Positions 25,249-37,410 of a stretch of DNA of 64,000 nt are shown here, piece by piece; position 1 is the stretch's first letter, and every line of letters starts with the position of its first letter. The position numbers and the translations under genes were made by a program. Source of the stretch: Octopus vulgaris. Its lineage: Eukaryota. The stretch spans positions 33,976,001 to 34,040,000 of the forward strand of contig OX597834.1 in the NCBI GenBank assembly GCA_951406725.2. Reading direction: 5' to 3'. A model generated the notes under the pieces. That model was not told the DNA's origin, ran no database searches, and saw only the letters and a program-made list of their open reading frames with translations.

Positions 25249-26084
25249 AAAATCTGCCTCAGCAAATTTCATCTGACCCATGCAAGCATGGAAAAGTGGG
25301 CATTAAAACGATGACGACGACGACGACGATGATGATGGTGATGATGATGATGATGAGGAGGAGGAGGGGGTAAACTGGTCTATTTTCGACTGTGTTTATC
25401 TTCTTTTTTAAAATCATTTTTGGTGTATTTTGAGAAGTGGTTTTAGCAGCTATTTCTACCAGGTCCAGCGATCATGTAGTACCTCACTTTTTGGTTTATG
25501 TCCAGACTGGTCGAATGAAGTGACCACTACCATAACTGACTTGTACGACAAACACATGAAGACTGAAATAATTTTTTTTTTTCTTTTTTTACAGATATTG
25601 CTGTAGATTGTCATTTGTAACTGGTAAATGGACGGAGAGGTTAACAGTGGAATAGAGAAACATACAGACATATATATATATATATATATAAAAAGAGAGA
25701 GGTGGGAGGAGTGGAGAGAAAGAGGGACAGAGAAAAACAGCTGAGAGCAACAGAAGAGATGAACGAAGTGGGTGATCTGCTCTGCTCTGCTCTAGCAAAA
25801 TTGGGACTTGTCAAAGGGAAATAACTCTCAAATCTTCTTGCATCAACAGATGTGAAAATTTTTTAAGTTCTTAATTAATTATTAATGATTATCATTTAAG
25901 ACAGCAAGCTGTTAGAATCATTACCACATCGGACAAAATGCTAAGCAGTATTTCATCCCTCTTTATGTTCTGAGTTCAAGTTACCCTGAGGCTGACAAAT
26001 TAATTGCCAGTAAAACACTGGGGTCGATGTAATCAAGTAATACCCTCCCCATAAATTTCAGGCCTTGTGCCTTTCGTAGAAAGG

Positions 26085-26116
<32 letters not shown>

Positions 26117-26433
26117 CATATCTTTATTAGAGGTTTTGTTGGAGCCCCTGGTGTCTTGCATGTATAGCGTGCTTGCTACCTGCAGTCTAGGGTACCATGC
26201 CATTCGGTATTTTCAGCTATCTAGTACCTACCTGATAATTTTGGCCATGCCAAGGAGGCAAACCTTTTGTAACAGTTCTACTGGGCACTCTATTCCAATT
26301 TCCTTTATATGCCCCTTGATCCCTTCTGATACTGTCCCCAAGGAGCCAACAATAATCGGCACTGTCTTCATTTTCTTCATTTTCCATAGCTGGGCTATTT
26401 CATACTTAAGAGGACTGTATCTATCTTTTCGCC
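26117..26433 (-). pseudogene. R4/Dong-like RLE non-LTR retrotransposon 3' end
   Basis: RKDRYSPLKYEIAQLWKMKKMKTVPIIVGSLGTVSEGIKGHIKEIGIECPVELLQKVCLLGMAKIIR is a typical RLE-LINE C-terminus; (TAA)n on both sides. Confidence 0.85.
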
Positions 26434-27214
26434 TTATTATTATATTATTATTATTATTATTATTATACAAACGGTTTATATTGACCCCAGTGTTTCACTG
26501 GTACTTAATTTATCGACCCCCAAAAGGATGAAAAGCAAAGACGACTTTGGTGAAATATGAACTCAGAATGTTAAGACGGATGAAATGCCACTAAGCATTC
26601 TGCCCGGCATGCTAACGATTCTGCCAGCCCGCTGCCTTTCCTAAATTAGAAATAATTAAAAAAAAGAAGACATTGAGCCGACAGAACTGTTAGAACATTG
26701 GAAAAAAATTCCTTTGCTCCAAGTTCAAATCCCGCCGAGGTTGAATTTGCTTTTCATCACTCCAGGGTTGATAAAATAAAGTACCAACTATGTATTGAGT
26801 CAATGGTATTGACTTAGTCCTCCCCTCAAAAGTGTTGGCCTTATACATAAACCAGAAACTGTTAACATCATCATCATGTCACTAAGATCAACATTGTTTG
26901 TTTATCTTTCAGGGGTCAATAAAACAAGATCCAGCCAAATACTGAGTGTGGGATCAATGTAATCAACCCAAACAGCCCTTCACCCTAATTTGTGGGTCCT
27001 TGTCTCTACTGTACAGATGCAGCAGGCATGGCTGTGTGGTTAAGGAGTTCGCTTCCCAACCACACAGTTTCAGGTTCAGTCCCACTGCATAACACCTTAG
27101 GCAAATGTCTTCTACAAGAGCCCCAGGCTGACCAAAACTTTGTGAGTGTTGGCAATAGATGGAAACAGAAAGAAGTTTACATGGGTGGGGTGTAATGGAG
27201 GTGTGTTTGTAGCA

Positions 27215-27560
27215 TTAATTGGTGATGCTGATAAAGGCATTCCAATTGAGGCCATCCTTTTTATTTTCAGGTACAATGTAATCCACATCTAAATGATAAG
27301 GTGTGATTTGAGGGGGATTTGGTTCCCATTTCTGGCAGTTTGAATGAACACATAGATGTTCCTCAGTTGGCTCCATGTTATTTTTGGTAAAGGTGATTCT
27401 TCCAAGTAATAAATACAAGGCATTCCAAAAGAGGCCATCCTTTCTTATTGTCAGGCACAGTGTAATTCACATCTAAAATGGTACAGTGTGATTTGAGGGA
27501 GACTTGGCTCTTATTTTTAGCCAGTCAAGAATCCACACAAAGACTCCTTTGTTTCACCTG
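27215..27560 (+). mobile_element. Two tandem copies of dispersed repeat family E
   Basis: GGCATTCCAA..GAGGCCATCCTT..GTGTGATTTGAGGG.GA.TTGG..C..ATTT.T.GC occurs twice. Related pieces at about 11975, 25420, 35815, 36210 and 51445. Orientation arbitrary. Confidence 0.65.
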
Positions 27561-28060
27561 TCCATGAAATCTTGCTTTTGACAGGTGAGAAACATCCAAA
27601 CAACCGGAATCGTCTGCCGTTCTTCATCTTGTCTGGAAAGTCAGCCTGGAGAGATAACCAGTCTTTTAATCCTATCTCGTGAAGGCAATCTTTATTGACT
27701 CAACAGGTGAAGGAGATATTCTTCAGATATAAAGACTTAATAAAAGTCAAGATAATAATAATGATAATAATGATAATGATGATGATGATGATGAATGCTG
27801 GAAATCAATAAATTTCTCATTTCATTACTTCCTTCCATGCCTCCTCCCATCAACAGCAGTTTTTTTTTTTTTGTGTCTAGACTGAACTATGGTGCTTAAA
27901 TTTATCTTAACAAAGACATAACAGGAATGGTGAAAAATTTCTCTCCATGTTGACTTTGCAAGTCGAAAATGCTTACGAAAGTCAAGCATTCCGATATTCT
28001 GAGATGTTGATGTTATAACCATTATTATTATTATTGTTGTTATTGTCCTTCTTTACCATC

Positions 28061-28097
<37 letters not shown>

Positions 28098-28250
28098 CTG
28101 TTTCTCTTTACAATGAAAATCACTACCAAAAAAAGAATTGCTTTAAGTTTATCTGGTATTGAGAGATATACAAATATATTTTGAATTTAAAGCCTTCATG
28201 TTATCTCTCTCTCTTTCTCTCTTACATATATGTGTGTGTGTGTGTGTGTG

Positions 28251-28476
28251 TCGTTTCTATTATGTCAAACTGCCGTATGTCCAAATTTGGCCAAATGTGT
28301 TTTTTTTTTCAATATCTATTTTTGCCTGCAATAGCCGGTTCTTTTGGTCAAACTATACCTATCTCCTGTTGCTTCAGCCGCCAAAATATTAAAAATTGTC
28401 AAAGTGTAGTACAACGGTTTTGTTATGGAATGGTGAAACGTTTTGTGGACTCAACGACATTTTTGCATAAGAGCAA

Positions 28477-28479
<3 letters not shown>
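28251..28479. mobile_element. Putative MITE between (TG)n and (TA)n tracts
   Basis: Imperfect terminal inverted repeats TCGTTTCTATTATGTCAAA / TTTGCATAAGAGCAACGA. Confidence 0.45.
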
Positions 28480-28515
<36 letters not shown>

Positions 28516-28704
28516 CATATATATATATACACACACATATATATATACACATATATATTATATATATATAAACACACATACATACATATATATATACACA
28601 CAAATATACATATATATAGATAGATATATACATACATATATATTCATATATATATATATATATATATATATGTATACACACACACACATATATATACATA
28701 TATG

Positions 28705-28990
28705 TGCTGGTGCCATGTAAAAAGCACTCATGCCAGTACTATGTGTAAAGCACCCACTCTGGTGTCGTGTATAAAGCTCTATAAAGCACTCATGCTGATG
28801 CCATGTAATAGCACCAGTGATGGTGTCACAGAAAAAGCACCCAGTAAACTCTTTGAAATGGTTGGCATTAGGAAGGGCATCCAGCCATAGAAACCCTGCC
28901 AAAAAAGACAGTGTGGGCCTGTTGCAGCACTTCAGCTAGCCAGCTCCTGTCAAACCGTCCAACCCCTGCCAGCATGGAAAATGAACATGG
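28705..28990 (+). mobile_element. Family D SINE-like element with several short 5' monomers
   Basis: Repeated GCCATGTAA..AGCAC units, then AGGAAGGGCATCCAGCC. Confidence 0.8.
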
Positions 28991-29081
28991 GAAGGGAAAT
29001 TTCATGGTCATTCATGACCAAAGGGGGTCCATCACTGCCACATGACACTTGCACCACCGCAGCAATACTACTATAACATAA

Positions 29082-29392
29082 GACTGGCACTCCGTTGGTT
29101 ACAACAATGAGGGTTCCAGTTGATCCGATCAATGGAACACCCTGACCCTGATATTAATGCGCAAGTGGCTGAGCACTCCACAGACAAATGTACCCTTAAC
29201 ATAGTTCTCAGGGAGATTCAGCTTGACACAGGGTGTGACAGGGCTGGCCCTTTGAAATACAGATACAACTAATTTTTGCCAGCTGAATGGACTGGAGCAA
29301 CGTGAAATAAAGTGTCTTGCTCAAGGATACAATGCATCGTCAGGAATTGAACTCACAATCTTACGATCATGAGCCAAATGCCTTAACCACTA
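29082..29392 (-). mobile_element. Family C SINE
   Basis: High similarity to 13320-13635 and 52685-53000. Confidence 0.85.
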
Positions 29393-30662
29393 ACATAATA
29401 CCACCAGTATACTACTGCCACAACATAACACCAGATCATTAAACCACCACTTCATACTACCAATACAACCAAACAACACTAATTCACCAAACACCACTAT
29501 CACTACTACCACTACAACTGTAACCCTAACACCGAAGCATCACCATGTTGTACTAACGCACTACTAAAATACCATCACTGTACTACAATAACACGCTACG
29601 GCCATACGACCATCATGCTTATTCACTACTGCCATACCACCATTGTATGACAATGCTACTGCAACCTGAATATCACACAAGACCACACCACTACCACCAC
29701 GCTACCTCCTTCGCACCACCATCAATGTTTACCCAACAACAACAACTCGACTGCGTAATATAATAAACAGACATGGCTCTACTGAAATTCTTCACATTAC
29801 AGCATTAATATTGCATCACCAATATCATCAATACCACTATCACCATTATCACCACCATCATCATCATCACCACCACCACCACCACCATCAACATGGTCAT
29901 CATTAGCAGCAGCAGAAACAGCAGTGCTATTGCTACCATCACCATCACCACCGCCTCTATCACTATTACTGTCATCATCATCATCAGCACCATCCCCACC
30001 AACACCAGCACCAACATCACTACAACTAGCATCATCATCCTAATCACAGCCACCATTATCCCCATCATCACCACCACCACCACCACCACTATCATCATCA
30101 TCGTCGTCATCACCAACACCATCATCATCATCATCATCAACAACACCAGCATATCTTTACAGTTTTAAAAATCATTATTCACATCAACACCACCAGCATT
30201 ATCATCATCATCACCACTGCTGTCAGCATCACCACCGCTAGCACCAGCTTCATTGCCAACACCAACTTCAGCCACACCACTGTATAATGGATATGAAGGC
30301 CACCACTGTCATCACTACTATCACATCATCGTCATCGTCACCACCTCCATCATCATTGCCACCATCACCCATACAACACCACATCTTCAATAGCATTGCT
30401 ACCACCAACATCATCCCAAACATCACCATCATCCTTGCTACCCCTCCACCACCACCACCACCATCGCCACCACCAAATTATCACAGCCACATCATCAATA
30501 CCAAGTTCACCGACATCAACATTTCAACCCCCAGACATGATCATCTCTACGCCCTCACCACACCAAAACATCACTGCAATCATCATCACCATCAACACCA
30601 CCATCATTTGCACCAACATATCAATGCCACCGTCACCGCCGTCGTCATCGTCATCATCATCA
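29393..30662. repeat. Long degenerate (CAC/CAT/TAC)n region
   Basis: Directly visible. Confidence 0.9.
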
Positions 30663-31749
30663 GTGCTAATAACAGAACATATTTGTTATTGATAAAGATT
30701 GTTGTAATAAATTGGGAAAAAGACAATCTGTATTGTGTAACGAACCTATTAATTGCTAAAGTAAAATGGATATTAGATATTACGTATATATATATATACA
30801 TATTTACACACATACATACACACAAAATCAATTTACAAGTGTTCATCATAAGTTCTACAGTCTGAAGAGAACTTCTTGCAATCCTCCAACCAGTCACGGA
30901 GACCTTGAAAAGGGTCACAAACACTTCCCTTTGTTTTCTTAGTCACCAAAATATCTTTACAGTTTTAAAAAAAATCTGAAACAGAAAATTTTAGAAAAAA
31001 AAAAAGGTCTATGACTGATCAGATTTGAACCGTGCAATTTATGTTTGCATGGTGATTGTATTACTGACTAACCCTGCCCCCTCTCTATCTATTCTCCCTT
31101 CAAGTTAATTCTCTACCTAAGTACTCATTCAAAATCCTCAATTCCAATTTCTCACTCCAGCAAAAGTACTAATCCATTTTTAATAAACCTTCAATTAAAA
31201 TTTCATATTCCACAACCTCAAATGTGGAAGAAAACCATGAATCTGGCTGCAACCTTAACTGAATTAACAATAATAAGGTAATCACGGAAAACCTCTGCCC
31301 CCAATTACCTTAGCAATCGCATAGACTACAGTAATGTCCTCAGAATCACCAACTTTAATACCAGTGATTATGGTGAAGCAGATACAAAACATCACCCCAC
31401 TGACTCTTGTAACTCCTAGAGATGCTTTAAACCCACACTTGATTTTGATGCATCCCACCATTACTACATTATCTAGCAATACCTCCAATGTTGTAGATTC
31501 TACTGCTGCCCTTCAAAATGTAGATATTCCTATTCTGAATAGCCTCAGCTCTGAAATAAATACCATCCATGACAATTGTTATCAATTAGGTCTGCCAATT
31601 GGCAATAGCGATAAGCCTGGCTTACCACTCTCTTACCATGAAACCCAACCCCACCTTAACAGTAGCAATATTAACACCCTTGTTTTTACCTGTGGGATAA
31701 ACAATAATATTAAACATGGTAGGATACTTAGTGACTACTAGTCTACCGG

Positions 31750-32880
31750 CAGTAGGAACTTGTAATTGCTGAACTTCCTGACTCTGTCCTTTAAAGGGGA
31801 ATTGCTTGTACTATAACAATATGTAAATATGTGTGTGGTCACAACTCCCCAATCCCACCAGGCTAGGATCTACATTAGGGGTATGTCTGACTCAAGCAAT
31901 GCTGACTTGTTCGCCTGAGCTCCTTATGAATATAGGATTTCTAAACAATCTACTTCCTTATTAACCTACACACACTGCCCAGGGTACACCTTATACTCAT
32001 ACGATGCAAATCATTGCATTTGTCAATTATGCTGCCAGAAATTGCTCACTATATTATGCCAAAATGAGACCTCTTTACATAATCAATTCTCTGACATAAG
32101 CTTGCAGACATAAATTGCCATTTATATAAAATCATTATAATTTCTCATCATCTTGGCAAAATATTCTCTTTTGCTCACCACATTTTCTTCTCCTTTTATT
32201 CCCACTCCCTTACCACAGCATTTAATTCTCCCATGTCACTCTGTCCATTGCCTAAACTATTTTTATCCTGTCAAAATACTACTTTGGCCCTCACTGGTTT
32301 GAACTCACAACATTGTTTCTTTGGCTTCTTAATATCTGATCTTTGTCAAGTTGTACCTTCTTCTCATCTTGCTCCTTAACCACACTTTTTCCCTCCACTT
32401 CCCATAACCCCTTCCTCACTACTCCTCCTTGTTCACTTCAAACCTTTATGTTTCTAAACACTGCTAGATAATTCATGCTTGCCACTCTGCTCTTGAAAAG
32501 GGACACCTAACTTACTTCAACATCTTCATCAAAATACCCTTTTGTTGCTAGGTGTGCACCTCTGTCACTACAAACAGATTACTTATAAATAAGGTTACAA
32601 CATAAGTTATGGCCATCCTGAAACAACTGTCGAGATGAGTTTTTACATAATTCTTCTCTTCTGTTTTCTTTTTTCTTTCTTTCATAATCTGTATTTTGTG
32701 CTCCATGTAAATATGTCTCGAGCCTAACTGCATTTATCTTCCTCACTACCTTCATAACCACTTGATAAATATTGTTCTTATGGTTAACTTTCAAAGCCAA
32801 GATGCCAACTCAGCGCTAAATGAAGAAGTCGGAGTTTAAGTCCCCATTCATTTGAGCACTATTAAAGCTTATTTTCCTTT
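31750..32880 (+). mobile_element. Decayed Penelope-like element 3' part (GIY-YIG-like remnant plus pLTR-like tail)
   Basis: Frameshifted NHCICQLCCQK / CSLYYAK at about 32008-32065 resembles the GIY-YIG motif IYqL.C..C..YIG. Decayed hammerhead at 32490-32635; ATTAAA at about 32860. Confidence 0.4.
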
Positions 32881-32923
32881 CACCTACTCACACTTTCTCT
32901 CTGTGTGTATGTATGTTTGTATG

Positions 32924-33305
32924 TATGAACTTGTGAATGGAAGGAGACTCCGGCAGAAACCAAGGCTACGATTTAAGGACTGTGTCAAGTCCTCGTTAAA
33001 GGCTTTTGATATGCAGGACACTGACTGGGAGAACAATGCCTGTCATCGCCACAGATGGAGGAAGCAGGTTAAGGAGGGGATTGACACTTTTGAGAAAGCA
33101 CGTATCCAGCATGAAGAACTTAAGCGAGCTGCGCGAAAGCGCACGGCTCGTATAGTGAATGGGGAAAGCTTGGTCTGCAATGTTTGCAGTCGTGTATGCT
33201 TGTCAAGAGCAGGGCTCATTAGCCACCAACGGAGCCACAAATGCAAAATATAAGTTAGTTCCAGAGCGCAAATGTTCCTGAAGGTGGGCAATGGACGGCC
33301 ATCAT
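32924..33305 (+). pseudogene. RTE-clade LINE 3' end (ORF C-terminus with C2H2 finger, stop at 33253, short 3' UTR)
   Basis: YELVNGRRLRQKPRLRFKDCVKSSLKAF..WENNACHRHRWRKQVKEG..CNVCSRVCLSRAGLISHQRSH; 5'-truncated and flanked by (TATG)n. Confidence 0.9.
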
Positions 33306-33454
33306 GTATGTACATACGTGTGTGTGTATGTATGTTTGTATGTGTGTATATATGCTTGTATGTGTGTGTGTATATGTATGTATGTGTGTGTGTATATGTA
33401 TGCATGTATGTATGTGTGTGAGTGTGTATATATGTATGTATGTATATATGCGTT

Positions 33455-33885
33455 GGTGGGCAAGAAGCTAGCTGTGAAGGTAAAAAGCTTGCTTCCCAAC
33501 CATGTGGTCTTGGGTTCAGTTCCATAGTGTGTCACTTTGTGCAAATATCTTCTACTATATCATTGGGTTAAAAAAAAACCTTGTGAGTGAATTTGGTAGA
33601 TGGAAACTGAAAGAAACCTGTTGTGTGTGTGTGTGTGTGTTTGAGAGAGAGAGAGAGTGTCTGTCTTTCAGTTTGTGTTGTGTTTGTCCTCCAACATCCC
33701 TTGCCAACCAATGTTGGTTTGTTTATATTCATGTAACTTAGCAGTCTGAACCAAGAGACTAATAGAATAAGCACCAGACTTCAAAGAAATAAATAAATCA
33801 GTTTACGGAAAAATTTGTTTCACTAAACCCTTCAAGGCAGTGCCCCCAGCAAGGCCGTAGTCCAATGACTGAAACAAGATAAACA
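33455..33885 (+). mobile_element. Family B SINE
   Basis: Same modules as 2078-2537. Confidence 0.85.
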
Positions 33886-33932
33886 TACAAATACATATAC
33901 ATATATATGTGTGTGTGTGTGTGTGTGTATGA

Positions 33933-34005
<73 letters not shown>

Positions 34006-34311
34006 AGCAGTATACGTTCATCAAAACCTGCTCTGCATTCATTCATATCTTGTTATCTTCAACTGCGAAGGTAAACATATACACACATACAAAGATTAAT
34101 ATGTAAAACCATAACTCTTGTAGCTTCTCTCCTGGCATCATCCACATCAAATATATTTCCATCATCTGTATTCCACTGCATATCTATGAGTCTACAACAA
34201 ACTAGCATCACCAATGTTACTAATACAATCACCACAACAACCATCACCACTACTACTAATATCATCATCATCATCATCGCAACTACTGTATTACTACTGC
34301 TAATTCTAATA

Positions 34312-34822
34312 AAGGCATACCTCAACTTACGTCGGCAATCGGTTCCTAGAAGAAATGCGACTGAACACCATGACGCGAAAAAAGACGTTTTAAAAACTTA
34401 ATTAGCTTATATGATTTAATTAAATGATTTGGGCGAAGGTAAAGAATACGCACAGCCGGTGTTTAGGGTCAGGGGTTAGGATCAGGGTTAGGGTTAGGGT
34501 TTTGTTACACCGAAAACAGGTGGTTTGCGTATTCTTTACCTTCGCCAAGATTTATACATATTTTCACATGTATTTCATTTCATTTTAATTTTTTCCAATC
34601 CAATATTCGTTTTCTGGTGTTTTTCAAAAAAAAAAAAAAAATACTCAATGTTCTTAAATATATTCGCCAAGACCGACGCAAAGTCGGATAAATCGACTGA
34701 AGTTGAAGTTTATTTATTTATTCATTTAATTATTACATTAATTTCTTTAATAAACGAAAAATAAAACGACGTGAAGTCGAAAAAAGGCGCAAGTCGGAAC
34801 GACGTAAATTGAGGTATACCTG
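34312..34822. mobile_element. Tigger/pogo-like MITE
   Basis: TIRs AGGCATACCTCAACTTACGTC (from 34313) and GACGTAAATTGAGGTATACCTG (34801-34822); internal GGGTTA-like repeats. Confidence 0.75.
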
Positions 34823-35380
34823 TTGTAACATCGGTTTTAATCAACATGTATATATAAATAAATGCGTGTCAAAATGTGTGTCTCTGAGAGGCTGTTGACA
34901 ATGTAAAAATATTTTATGCATTGAATTATATACATAGGTAAAAGAAAGAAAAAATTGCTGTGCAGTGCGTTACTAATTAACGGGTGTATATTAGGATGTA
35001 TTTGCCTCGCAGCGAAATGTAAACATGTGTAAGAAAAAAATTAATATTTTTTTTTATACATTTTCTCCTTTAATGTGTATAATTCTATAATTGCATACAT
35101 GAAAGTCTACATGGTTCTCCGGGTAAACATGTGGCTGTGAGTGAGTGTATGTATGTCTATGTATAGAAACGTATGTGTTTATCTGTGTGAGTGGGTGTCT
35201 GTATACGCGTGTGCATATGTGAGAAAAACATGTGTGGGTTTATATACACAAACGTATGGGTGTATTTGTGTAAACTCTGTGTGTGTGTGTGTGTGTCAGT
35301 TTTCCATGTCTGTCTATAAACGTATGTACATGTTCTTGCACGTGTCTCGCTATAAACGTGCGTGTGTGCGTACATATATA

Positions 35381-35511
35381 CAGGGTGTCCCCAAAAAATG
35401 TATACACACCTTAAATAATTGTAAATTTGTTATTCTTTGTAAGCCTAGCACTTATTCTATCGTTCTCTTTTGCCGAACCACTATGTGTATACATTTTTGG
35501 GGGACACCCTG
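35381..35511. mobile_element. Tc1/mariner MITE (131 bp)
   Basis: TIRs CAGGGTGTCCCCAAAAAATGTATACAC / GTGTATACATTTTTGGGGGACACCCTG with TA on both sides. Confidence 0.9.
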
Positions 35512-35813
35512 TACATAGCGTAAACAGGTGTAAGTCTGTATATGTCTAACGCACGAAACTCGGCCCTTAAGTCACTCTGTCTGCTAAATAACAATAATAA
35601 TAATAAGATATATATATATATATATATATTAGCATAAACAGGTGTGTGTGTATTTATGCCATGTACGTGTGTGTGGCTATCGCGGCAGCAAAGGGGTGGG
35701 GGAAATGACGGTCTGCTCTGAAGTAAACCCGGCGGGGAGTTGGGTTAAAACCAAGCTGAAACAGGTAAACATATAACGCAATACAAAACATACAGCTAAG
35801 ACCAACCAGGTGG

Positions 35814-35928
35814 CTTCTACGTGGTATCTCGATATACTAGAAATAACAGGCAAATTTTCCTCAAATCACACTTCTACGTGGTATCTCGATACACTAGAAA
35901 TAACAGGCAAATTTTCCTCAAATCACAC
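35814..35928. repeat. 57-bp tandem duplication inside a family E repeat
   Basis: CTTCTACGTGGTATCTCGATA.ACTAGAAATAACAGGCAAATTTTCCTCAAATCACA starts at 35814 and again at 35871. Confidence 0.9.
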
Positions 35929-36051
35929 TACTCTCTTCAAAACAGAAAGGAAATAATACATTGGACAGTGCAGACTAATATACAAAAGAACTGGATGGTC
36001 ATGGCCGGAAAGCCTTTGTGTAGGCCTGGGTTAAAACCGCAATACACGTTG

Positions 36052-36204
36052 GGGGCATGGGCAGCCTTTTTCGAGAAGCGGGCCGCATGAGACAAAGCTT
36101 ATAATCAGGCGGGTCGCACTACAAAAGTATACAAAATTGAAGATAATTTTTGGTTAGCCTTGCCATTCAGAATTCCCAGACTGGCCTATGGGTTGTCCAT
36201 AGAC
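36052..36204. mobile_element. hAT (Charlie-like) MITE remnant
   Basis: Ends GGCATGGGCAGCC / GGTTGTCCAT; subterminal GCGGGCCGCA and GCGGGTCGCA motifs. Confidence 0.55.
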
Positions 36205-37149
36205 CGTTGCTAGAGATAACAGCTCAATTTCCCTCAAATCACACCATATCGTCTTTGGAAAGAAACCATACATAGGATAGCGCGTAATCTTAGATATACA
36301 TGCATGGAAGGAGAGGAAATATGGTATGGTCACAGTTGGAACGTCTTTAAACGTAGGTCTGTCTGCTCTATCTGAGCTAACTTGGGGGATTAGTCTAAAA
36401 TAACACCAAATAATCCCAAGTCATATTTTTTTTTACCAATGTCCCCATGTCTGTGTCGTCGTTGTCATTTCATAAAAATATTCTGCTTCGTCGTACGCTG
36501 TCGTCCGGAATTTTGCCGGATTGGGTGCAGCAATGAATGGAACGGAATGAATGAATGAATGAAAAAAAGAATGAATGAAATAGAATGAAAGAAAATGTAA
36601 TGGTATGTTTAAATGAATGGGGTGAATGAAAGATAAGGAAGAAAAATGAAAGAACCAAAGGGCGTTGGAATAAGAACAACAACAACAGCAACCGAACAGA
36701 CATAAAACACAAACACACACGCATGTAAAGAGAGAGAGAATTATCTCACTCACATACATGTCGACAGACAGATATAGAAACACACGCATCTAGTGACATA
36801 TACACATACTTCCAGTGACATACTGACACACACAAATCCAAATACACATACATACAAACACACGCACGAATATATACATAACATACACATACATAAACAG
36901 AAACACACACAACGGACCTTGATGAAACTCCACCGACCTTTCCGCCCGTCCCCTTTTACCCACCCCACCCCCCTCCGTTACCTTGGATTTCGCTGACTCT
37001 TGGATGCCGAGTGACCTTGTTCCATGTGAGACTGGCCACTTTAGCCTTTGGTGGTGGGGTTGACGGTAGTCCACAGTCCAGCGGTGAAGACAAAGAGTAC
37101 ATGCTGCCATGGCCAACGAATTTCTTGAGAGAAATGGTACCAAGAGACG

Positions 37150-37410
37150 ATAGTAGTAGTAGTAGTAGTGGTGGTGATGGCAGATGATGGTGGTGGTAGA
37201 TGATGGTGGCGGTGGTGGTAGCTGGTGGTGGTAGATGATGGTGGTGGTGGTGGTAGATGATGGTGGTGGTAGATGATGGTGGCGGTGGTGGTAGATGATG
37301 GTGGCGGTGGTGGTATGATGGTGGTGGTAGATGATGGTGGCGGTGGTGGTAGATGATGGTGGCGGTGGTGGTAGCTGGTGGTGGTAGCTGATGGTGGGGG
37401 TGGCAGTGGT
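37150..37410. repeat. G-rich minisatellite, unit about GGTAGATGATGGTGGCGGTGGT
   Basis: Directly visible, about 10 variable units. Confidence 0.9.

Noticed and set aside
31334-31741. 135-aa ORF as a host gene
   Set aside because: Low-complexity S/T/N/P sequence with no recognisable domain, inside a probable decayed retroelement.
34460-34502. Interstitial telomere
   Set aside because: Only a few imperfect units, lying inside a TIR-bounded MITE.
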